Of a stretch of DNA of 64,000 nucleotides, positions 56,697 through 64,000 are shown one piece after another. A program made the translations under genes and the position numbers. Where the stretch lies: the NCBI GenBank assembly GCA_050173015.1, contig JBFXLE010000012.1, forward strand, positions 40,745 through 104,744, read 5' to 3'. This stretch comes from Calditrichaceae bacterium. Its GTDB lineage: Bacteria; Calditrichota; Calditrichia; Calditrichales; JBFXGD01. Under the pieces are notes generated by a model that was not told where the DNA came from, ran no database searches, and was given only the letters and a program-made list of their open reading frames with translations. Numbering within the stretch: position 1 is the stretch's first letter; every line of letters begins with the position of its first letter.

Positions 56697-56722
56697 TGTA
56701 ACTCCTTCCCGATTAATTCATC
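56697..56722 (+). promoter_or_regulatory. Candidate ECF-type promoter TGTAAC-N16-CATC
   Basis: About 80 bp upstream of the TolC gene; matches 887-912. Confidence 0.35.
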
Positions 56723-56801
56723 TTATACTTTTTAAAACAACTCAAATCGAACGATATCACTATCGATTTTTTTACTTACGGAAATTGAACCGGGAGAAAA
56801 A

Positions 56802-58142
56802 ATGACCAAATATTTTAAGAATATATCAGGTTTATTAATACTATTTTTTATGTATTCTTCACTTTCAGCTCAATCGGATAGATTAAATTTATCGCTTGAG
56901 GACGCGCTGAAACGAGCGGAAGAAAATAACCATGACATCAAAATCGCGACCGCTCAGGTGGACGGTATGCGGGCTGATTACAACAGCACATCAGCCATCT
57001 TTTTACCACAAATAACTTTATCCGAAACTTATGTAAAAACCAATGATCCGCTGGTGGTTTTTGGGTTAAAACTGAAGCAGGAGATTGTGACCCAGGCCGA
57101 TTTTAATCCGGCGCTGCTCAATGATCCTGACAACTTTGAGAACTTTGTTACCAAACTGGAGATCAACCAGCCGCTAATCAACCTGGATGGGTTTTGGGGA
57201 CGTTCCGCGGCGTCGGACGGCCTTTCGGCGATGAAATTCAGGAAGATGAGAACTGAAAACTATATCGAATTTATGGTCAAGCTGAGCTACTATAAAGTGG
57301 GCTTAATGGAAGCAAGTCAGGATGTTGTTGAGCAAGCTCTCGAAGCGGCAATGGCTAACCGCAGGCTCATAAAAGACTATTTTGAAGAAGGATTGATTAC
57401 AAAAGCGGATTATTTGATGGCTGAAGTTTTTGTCTCCAATCTGGAAAGCCAGAAAACCGATATGGACAATCAACGGTTGAATTCCAGTGATCAGTTGAGA
57501 CAGATGTTGGGTATTGAGGATGATCTTTTGATCGTACCCACTGATACACTGAAATATGCGCCGGCACTTACATTTTCCCATGACCGGAGCTCAATTCTTG
57601 AAAATCGTTCCGATCTCAGGGCATACGGTAAGCAGGTCGCCGCTACAGAAAAAATGCTCACCATGAACAGAATGAAATTTCTTCCCAGACTAAACGCATT
57701 CGGAAGTTATGAATTGAATGATTCCGAAGTCTATGGCTCTGGCGCGGAAAACTGGATGGTGGGCGTCGATCTGAGATGGAATCTGTTCAACGGATTCCAA
57801 AATGTATCCGCTGTTCAAAAATCAAAGGCCGACTTGAATGTGGCAAAATATGAATACGGCAAAGCAAAATCACAGGCGGAGAATGAAATCAAAGCCGCCG
57901 CGCGTGATTTGCGGTCGGCGGAAAAAAAGCTGGAACTGGCAAAAAAAATTGTTGAGCAGTCCAAAGAATCACTAAGGATCATAAAAGACCGTTATGCCCA
58001 GGGACTGGAAAAAACAACGGATTTGCTAAATGCCGAAACCGCCTTTTCCAACGCGGAATTAAGCTACATAAAAACACTGTATTTTTACAATGTCAGCATT
58101 TTTAATCTGGAATTAATGAGTGAAGAAAAAATTGAATACTAA
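56802..58142 (+). CDS. TolC-family outer membrane efflux protein
   Basis: LSLEDAL..A..NN, FLP.I.L, R.DL, WNLFNG, Y..GL....DLL.AE. Confidence 0.9.
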   Translation: MTKYFKNISGLLILFFMYSSLSAQSDRLNLSLEDALKRAEENNHDIKIATAQVDGMRADYNSTSAIFLPQITLSETYVKTNDPLVVFGLKLKQEIVTQADFNPALLNDPDNFENFVTKLEINQPLINLDGFWGRSAASDGLSAMKFRKMRTENYIEFMVKLSYYKVGLMEASQDVVEQALEAAMANRRLIKDYFEEGLITKADYLMAEVFVSNLESQKTDMDNQRLNSSDQLRQMLGIEDDLLIVPTDTLKYAPALTFSHDRSSILENRSDLRAYGKQVAATEKMLTMNRMKFLPRLNAFGSYELNDSEVYGSGAENWMVGVDLRWNLFNGFQNVSAVQKSKADLNVAKYEYGKAKSQAENEIKAAARDLRSAEKKLELAKKIVEQSKESLRIIKDRYAQGLEKTTDLLNAETAFSNAELSYIKTLYFYNVSIFNLELMSEEKIEY

Positions 58143-58148
58143 TGATAG

Positions 58149-59240
58149 ATGATAGGAGAAATAATGAATACGAGAATTATGACAATCATACTTTTGGGAT
58201 GGATGATTTCTCTGAGTATAACCGCGTGCACCGCGGATAAACAAACACATAAAATGGAACAGATTACCAGGGTCAACGCGAAAAAAGTGGAGATGAAGGA
58301 AGTTCCTGATTTATTTGAATTCAGCGGTAATGTGGAAGGCGTACAGCGGGTAAAATTAAGCACCAAGCTGATGGGCACCATCACTTACTTTCCCTTTGAA
58401 GCCGGCGCGGCCATCAGGGAAGGGCAGGTTTTGGCCAAAATCAACAGCACAGATCTATTGGCGAAAAGACAGCAGGCCAGGGCCAATATCGCGCAGGCTG
58501 AGGCGGCTCTGACAAATATGAAAGTGAATTATGAAAGAGTAAAAAGTCTCTATGAAAAAAACAGCGCGACCGGGAAGGAAATGGAAGATATTCAGATGGC
58601 CTATGATATGGCGGTCGCCCAGGCTAACGCCGCGCGGCAGATGGAAAATGAGATAAACGATGTGCTCAGCTACGCGGTCATCAAAGCGCCGTTTTCAGGA
58701 TTTATCGTCAACAAATTCTATGAGGAAGGCGATCTGACCGCTCCCGGTTATCCAATCATGATAGTTGAGAACTTTTCGGCTTTCAAGGTAAAAGCCACCG
58801 TATCGGCCAGTGAGATCAACCGGTTTCATAAGGGGGACAAGGTAAAGGTATATATCGATGAGCTGAACGGAAAGACATTCTCCGGCGAGCTCGATGAAAT
58901 AAATCCCGGCGCCAATCCGGGTAGCAGGCAGTATGATGTGCAGGTGACGATCAATTCGGATCATCAGAGTATCCTAGGCATCAAATCCGGCATGTACGCG
59001 AAGGTCATATTGGAAGACAGTATGCGGGAAATGATATTAATCGATAAGGACAATTTGATCGAAAGAGGACAGTTAAAGGGAGTTTATACGGTCAGTTCTC
59101 ATAACGAGGCTTTGTTAAGGTGGTTGCGTCTCGGGGAAGAAACGGAAAACGGTTTTGAAGTTTTATCCGGATTAAACAAAGGCGATTTGGTCATACTTAA
59201 CAAGAACATCCGTGAAGGTCAAAAGGTTGAGGTAATGTAA
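58149..59240 (+). CDS. RND efflux periplasmic adaptor (MFP) lipoprotein
   Basis: Lipobox ITAC; G..V..GQVL, coiled coil, IKAPFSG, GMYA.V, VLSGL..GD. Confidence 0.92.
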   Translation: MIGEIMNTRIMTIILLGWMISLSITACTADKQTHKMEQITRVNAKKVEMKEVPDLFEFSGNVEGVQRVKLSTKLMGTITYFPFEAGAAIREGQVLAKINSTDLLAKRQQARANIAQAEAALTNMKVNYERVKSLYEKNSATGKEMEDIQMAYDMAVAQANAARQMENEINDVLSYAVIKAPFSGFIVNKFYEEGDLTAPGYPIMIVENFSAFKVKATVSASEINRFHKGDKVKVYIDELNGKTFSGELDEINPGANPGSRQYDVQVTINSDHQSILGIKSGMYAKVILEDSMREMILIDKDNLIERGQLKGVYTVSSHNEALLRWLRLGEETENGFEVLSGLNKGDLVILNKNIREGQKVEVM

Positions 59241-62200
59241 TGAATTTAGGTTTAGCAGGAAAAACGGCAAAGGCGTTTATAAAATCAAAACTGACCTTTT
59301 TAATTATCATCAGTTCGCTGGGAATCGGTGCGTTCAGCATCTATCTGACACCGAGCGAGGAAGAACCGCAAATAATCGTGCCCATGGCCGATATTTTTGT
59401 GATGTATAACGGAGCGGGCTCCACAGAAGTGGAGTCAAGGGTTGTTGAACCGCTGGAAAAACTGATTTCGAATATAGACGGCGTGGAATATGTGTACTCA
59501 ACCTCCATGCCGGGCATGGCCATGCTGATTGTCCGGTTTTATGTGGGAGAAGACACGGAAGAGAGTATCGTTAAGCTGTATGACGAGATCATGCGGCATA
59601 TGGATATGATGCCCAAAGGTGTTTCCATGCCGTTGATAAAAACAAAATCTATTGATGATGTCCCCATACTGGGGCTGACGCTCTGGAGCAAAAATTATGA
59701 TGATTACGATCTCAGACGGGTGGGAGCGGAGCTGGCCGGAGAGATCAAAAAACTGGATGATGTGGCTGATGTAAAAATTATCGGCGGACGAAAAAGAAAG
59801 ATAAATGTATCGCTTGATAAGAACAAAATGGCCGCCTATCATGTGGACCCGCTGATGGTGATGATGCAAATCGAAAACGCCAACAAGCAATCCATGTCCG
59901 GAAGTTTTAGTCATAATAACAGTGAATATTTGGTTGAAACCGGAAATTTTCTTGAGAACGCGGAAGATCTGGAAAATCTGGTCATCGGTGTATATAACAA
60001 GGGTCCCGTATATCTGAAAAACGTCTCCACGGTAACCGACGGCCCGGAAGAATCCGAAAATTATACAGCCTTCGGATATGGATCCGCGGAGATAAACGAA
60101 CGGTCATCTGATGACGGGGTGGAGTTTCCGGCGGTAACCATTTCAGTGGCAAAGCGAAATGGAGCGGATGCCAAGCATATCGCCGATGACGTGATCAGCC
60201 AGGTCAATATGCTCAAAGGCCGTATTATTCCTTCCGATATACAAGTGGAAATAACCCGTGATTATGGAGCGACGGCTTCGGAAAAAGTGAATTCTCTGCT
60301 GTTGAATCTGCTCGGGACCATACTGGCCGCTTCACTGGTGGTGGCTCTTTTTCTCGGTTGGCGCGGCGGTTGGGTTGTATTTGTAAGCGTTCCGATCACT
60401 TTCGCGCTCACCTTATTTGTGTATTATATGATGGGTTATACCTTAAACAGAATCACTCTGTTCGCGTTGGTGTTTGTTACGGGAATTGTGGTTGACGCCT
60501 CGATCATTATCGTTGAAAATATGCACCGGCATTTCAAGATGAGAAGTCTTCCACGGTATCAGGCGGCTTTAGCCTCGATAGATGAGGTGGGCAATCCCAC
60601 CATTCTGGCCACATTTACGGTCGTGGCCTCTGTGCTGCCGATGGCCTTTGTGAGCGGATTGATGGGTCCGTATATGGCTCCAATGCCCATCGGCGCGGCC
60701 GTGGCCATGGCATTTTCACTGTTAGTGGCCCTCACGGTTACGCCGTATGTCGCGTACAAATTTCTGGATGACGATACCAAGTCAAAAGAAAAGCCCAAAA
60801 AATATAATTTGCATGATACTCTGATTTACAAAACATATTCAAAAACGATCACCCCGATGCTCGAAGACGCCAAAAAACGCTGGACGGCGATTATCATTGT
60901 GTCTGTGCTTCTGATCGCGTCGGTATCGTTGCTCGCGTTCAAGTTGGTTACCGTGAAGATGCTGCCATTTGATGATAAAAATGAAGTACAGATTATCATC
61001 GATATGCCCGAGGGAACCACGCTTGAACAAACCGCGGCTGTCACCAAAGAGATTGCCGGATACCTGAGAACCGTGCCCGAAATTATAAACTATCAGAGTT
61101 ACGTGGGAACGGCGGCGCCGATCAATTTTAACGGTTTGGTGAGACACTATGACCTCCGGCGCGGGCCGAGTGTGGCCGACATACAGATCAATCTGCTGGA
61201 TAAGAGCGAGCGGTCCGATCAGAGTCACATTATCGCAAAAAGAATCCGGCCGGGTGTACAGGCCATAGGTGAAAAATTTGGCGCGAACGTGAAAATAGCC
61301 GAAGTGCCGCCTGGTCCTCCGGTCATGGCGACGCTGGTGGCGGAAGTGTATGGCCCGGATCGTGAAAGTCAGATGGACTTTGCCCTGAAGCTTCAGGAGC
61401 TGTTCAAAAACACGGAAGGCATTGTGGATGTGGACTGGCTGGTGGAAGATGACCAGGTGGAATACAAATTTGAGATCGATAAGAAAAAGGCGATGCTTGC
61501 CGGTATTACGGCCGAGCAGATCGTGGGCGTTCTCGGAATCTCTCTGCACGGTATGGATGTTTCAGCGCTGTATCAGCCCGATGAAATCGAGCCGGTAATG
61601 ATTCAACTACGCCTGCCGGAAAAAGACCGTTCGGGTCTGAACGATCTGAAGAACATCAAAGTGATGTCAAAAACGGGTCAGCCGGTTCCGGTTTCAGAAC
61701 TGGTGAACATAAAGGAACAGTTACAGGATAAAAGTATCTACAGAAAGAATCAACGGCGGGCGGTCTATGTTACGGCTGATGTGGCCGGGGATCTGGAGAG
61801 TCCGGTTTACGCCATCCTGGATCTTGATGAAAAAATTCAGAAGCTGAGCGAAGAGCAGGGGCTGAATGTGAAGCAGTATTACGCATCTCAACCGGATAAT
61901 GAAGAAGATTTATCCGTAAAATGGGACGGAGAATGGCAAATTACCTATGAGGTATTCCGAGATCTGGGCGCGGCTTTCGCCGTGGTTCTGGTGATTATCT
62001 ACATGCTAATTATCGGCTGGTTTCAGTCCTTCAAGGTGCCTCTGATCATGATGATCGCCATACCCCTGTCCTTAATCGGCGTGCTGATCGCTCATCTGTT
62101 ATTCGGCGCGTTTTTTACGGCCACCTCCATGATCGGGGTGATTGCCCTGGCTGGAATTATGGTTCGTAATTCGGTCTTACTGATTGACTTTATCCAGCTG

Positions 62201-62512
62201 CGGATAGCGGAGGGCGTTTCACTGAAACAGGCGGTGATAGAATCCGGCGCGGTGAGAACGCTGCCGATTTTATTGACCGCGGGTACCGTTGTCATCGGCG
62301 CGGTGGTGATCATTTTCGATCCCATTTTTCAGGGCCTGGCGTTGGCGCTGATGGGCGGGTCTTTGGCATCGACCGCATTGACCCTGATCATGGTTCCGTT
62401 AATCTATTATATGACGGAGAAAAAGAATTATGAAGATGGGAGCGGTGAATTGCCGGAAACTGTGAATTTAATAGAACCGGCAGAAAATATAGCTCCGGAA
62501 TACAACAGTTAG
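59240..62512 (+). CDS. RND efflux permease (AcrB/CusA superfamily)
   Basis: 1090 aa; EEEPQI.VP, LNRITLFAL, GIVVDASII.VEN, GIMVRNS, R..PILLT. Confidence 0.93.
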   Translation: MNLGLAGKTAKAFIKSKLTFLIIISSLGIGAFSIYLTPSEEEPQIIVPMADIFVMYNGAGSTEVESRVVEPLEKLISNIDGVEYVYSTSMPGMAMLIVRFYVGEDTEESIVKLYDEIMRHMDMMPKGVSMPLIKTKSIDDVPILGLTLWSKNYDDYDLRRVGAELAGEIKKLDDVADVKIIGGRKRKINVSLDKNKMAAYHVDPLMVMMQIENANKQSMSGSFSHNNSEYLVETGNFLENAEDLENLVIGVYNKGPVYLKNVSTVTDGPEESENYTAFGYGSAEINERSSDDGVEFPAVTISVAKRNGADAKHIADDVISQVNMLKGRIIPSDIQVEITRDYGATASEKVNSLLLNLLGTILAASLVVALFLGWRGGWVVFVSVPITFALTLFVYYMMGYTLNRITLFALVFVTGIVVDASIIIVENMHRHFKMRSLPRYQAALASIDEVGNPTILATFTVVASVLPMAFVSGLMGPYMAPMPIGAAVAMAFSLLVALTVTPYVAYKFLDDDTKSKEKPKKYNLHDTLIYKTYSKTITPMLEDAKKRWTAIIIVSVLLIASVSLLAFKLVTVKMLPFDDKNEVQIIIDMPEGTTLEQTAAVTKEIAGYLRTVPEIINYQSYVGTAAPINFNGLVRHYDLRRGPSVADIQINLLDKSERSDQSHIIAKRIRPGVQAIGEKFGANVKIAEVPPGPPVMATLVAEVYGPDRESQMDFALKLQELFKNTEGIVDVDWLVEDDQVEYKFEIDKKKAMLAGITAEQIVGVLGISLHGMDVSALYQPDEIEPVMIQLRLPEKDRSGLNDLKNIKVMSKTGQPVPVSELVNIKEQLQDKSIYRKNQRRAVYVTADVAGDLESPVYAILDLDEKIQKLSEEQGLNVKQYYASQPDNEEDLSVKWDGEWQITYEVFRDLGAAFAVVLVIIYMLIIGWFQSFKVPLIMMIAIPLSLIGVLIAHLLFGAFFTATSMIGVIALAGIMVRNSVLLIDFIQLRIAEGVSLKQAVIESGAVRTLPILLTAGTVVIGAVVIIFDPIFQGLALALMGGSLASTALTLIMVPLIYYMTEKKNYEDGSGELPETVNLIEPAENIAPEYNS

Positions 62513-62533
62513 AGTAATGAGGAGAAAAATTTA

Positions 62534-62848
62534 ATGAAAATGGTCGTCGTAACCACGGTTGAAGAGTATTCTGACGCCATCAGAAAGGTCTTCGCGAAAA
62601 ACAAGGTTCAGTTTTATTCCGAATCTGAAATGAAAAATTTCAGGTTGGTCGAAAATGATGAATCCGATAACTGGTTTGGGAGCGCGAAACATCTGATCGC
62701 CGGTCATATTTTATTCACTTTCGCGGATGAAGAAACGGCGGACAGGCTGATAGAAAATATCAAAAAACTATCCGCTGATAATAATTTTGAAAGTCCGGTG
62801 CGGGTGTTTCAGTTGAACGTCGAAAAATTTTTTATGAATATGAATTAG
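62534..62848 (+). CDS. Small protein with a P-II-like / ferredoxin-like pattern
   Basis: MKMVVV.......I...F....V..YS......; central loop with WF; C-terminal P.RVF.L.VE; GGAG RBS. Confidence 0.55.
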   Translation: MKMVVVTTVEEYSDAIRKVFAKNKVQFYSESEMKNFRLVENDESDNWFGSAKHLIAGHILFTFADEETADRLIENIKKLSADNNFESPVRVFQLNVEKFFMNMN

Positions 62849-62898
62849 GCGGCCACAAAGCGGATGAAGAAAAAAGACAAAAGATAAAAGACAAAATA

Positions 62899-62922
62899 GT
62901 AGAGACGCAGTATTCTGCGTCT
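62899..62922 (+). repeat. GTAG-REP-like palindrome
   Basis: GTAG followed by AGACGCAG-tatt-CTGCGTCT, preceded by AAGAYAA heptamers. Confidence 0.65.
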
Positions 62923-62942
62923 GAAGGCGAAGAAGGGAAAAA

Positions 62943-63077
62943 TGTCTGAACTGTGATGGAAATGATTAAATGATTTCATGATTAAGAAATGGGACATCAG
63001 AGTTATGATCTAATCACCAAAACCCGCCAAAGGCGGGCAAGGCAGGGTTCAGACAATCTCTAATCATAGTTCTGACA
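62943..63077. repeat. MITE-like inverted-repeat element
   Basis: TGTCTGAACTGTGAT pairs with ATCATAGTTCTGACA (13/15) and with an inner GTTCAGACA (63047-63055); contains CCCGCC-aaa-GGCGGG. Confidence 0.5.
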
Positions 63078-63091
63078 AAAAATGTGGCAAT

Positions 63092-63115
63092 AAAAAAGAC
63101 GCGGCACGCCGCGTC
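63092..63115 (-). terminator. Terminator (REP-like palindrome) downstream of the 63211-63867 gene
   Basis: GACGCGGC-ac-GCCGCGTC with T6 following on the minus strand. Confidence 0.65.
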
Positions 63116-63144
63116 CGTAAAATCCGGAATTTTCAATCCCTTCT

Positions 63145-63207
63145 TTTGTCTTTTATCTTAAATTCTTACTTCTTACTTCTTACTTCTTACTTCCTACTTC
63201 CTACTTC
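63145..63207 (-). repeat. Heptamer array (6 GAAGTAR plus 3 variant units in register)
   Basis: Starts 3 bp after the stop codon of the 63211-63867 gene. Confidence 0.9.
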
Positions 63208-63210
63208 CCC

Positions 63211-63867
63211 TCACGATTTTTCCACAATCCCCAGCTTCTCCAGCAACTGCGGTTTTTCTTCCAGGGCGATGCGGGCGATGGCGAAAAAATCACTCAGCCA
63301 GAATTCCAGGGCATCCAGAGCTTCATCACGTTCCACGGTGGCCTGCTGGGCTTCTCCTTTTTCCTTTTCCTGGGCGGCGTTCAGGCTAACCGTTTCTTCA
63401 ATCAACTGTTTACCCGCGAGCAGTTTTTCTTCGGTTATATTAAATTTGGCCATGGCGGCGATGATGTCCGCATCCGTTGTGGCGTTGATATAAAACTGGG
63501 TCGCCTGCGCCAGCCATCCGGAAAGACTGGCTTTCCTTTTGCCGTTTATATTCAGTTTTTGAAACGCGCCGCGGTTCTCTTGCAGAGCCACACGGGCAAT
63601 CTTCACATGATTCATATAAACGGCGTCCGCTTTTGCCCGTTTTGTGTTCAGTGCATCGGTAGCTTCGTACTGCTCGCCGTATTCACGGGTCTGTTTCTGC
63701 TGTAGTTCCTGAACCGTGTCGTAAAGAGCCTTGCCTTCATTGAGACGGGTGTCATCGTAACCGTATTCGGCCAGATAGGTTTTAACCTGCTCATCGGACA
63801 GAGCGTTGCTGATTGCCAGATCGGCGGCCAGAAGGCGTTGAGCCATTGAATTTTTCGGATTGGTCAT
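63211..63867 (-). CDS. All-helical hypothetical protein with internal duplication
   Basis: 218 aa, GGAG RBS; two similar halves (NA..D.......YG.....L..GK.L......L...Q..E.GE...AT). Confidence 0.75.
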   Translation of the reverse strand: MTNPKNSMAQRLLAADLAISNALSDEQVKTYLAEYGYDDTRLNEGKALYDTVQELQQKQTREYGEQYEATDALNTKRAKADAVYMNHVKIARVALQENRGAFQKLNINGKRKASLSGWLAQATQFYINATTDADIIAAMAKFNITEEKLLAGKQLIEETVSLNAAQEKEKGEAQQATVERDEALDALEFWLSDFFAIARIALEEKPQLLEKLGIVEKS

Positions 63868-64000
63868 TTTCTTACTCCTATGATAAAATCTTTAGTGTTA
63901 AGAAGATTTCACTACAAAATTTGGGAAATCTTCAAAGATTAATTTTTCCTTTAACGTCATATATATGATATCCAAAAGTTTGCGGGAAGTGGCAATAATA

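Noticed and set aside
63146-63493. 115-aa plus-strand ORF starting MSFILNSYFLLLTSYF
   Set aside because: It begins in the heptamer array and runs antisense to the 63211-63867 gene.

Overview
A 64-kb bacterial chromosomal segment from a diderm, probably anaerobic organism. Gene style suggests Calditrichota or another FCB lineage, which cannot be verified from the sequence alone. I saw no rRNA, tRNA, CRISPR array or intact transposase. In order, the window holds: the 3' end of a SigZ-type ECF sigma factor, glutaredoxin with an orphan groES, and PTS enzyme I; an SOS cassette (lexA, a catalytically dead S24 paralogue, a DUF6504-like gene, dinB) with two copies of a candidate LexA box TGTAC-N4-GTACA; ABC and TRAP transporters and proline dehydrogenase; two paralogous radical SAM/SPASM genes flanking a GT2 and a flippase-like gene; acs, PiT/DUF47 and a subtilisin; a FadR-led operon (alkyl-DHAP-synthase-like, GlpD-like, FGGY kinase) with a visible promoter and operator; a nine-gene envelope cluster (PEGA, four LPP20-like, LpoB-like, COG3014, YfaP-like, transglutaminase-like); a seven-gene multiheme cytochrome/beta-barrel/NHL cluster with an OmcE-like tetraheme; a CLC protein, an M14 peptidase and a TolC-MFP-RND pump. 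Several intergenic regions carry heptamer arrays and GTAG-REP-like palindromes. The best candidates for undescribed systems are the OmcE-like nanowire/porin cluster (42191-50679) and the LPP20/LpoB/COG3014 envelope cluster (29553-41098). Family assignments come from motif recognition and recall, not database searches.
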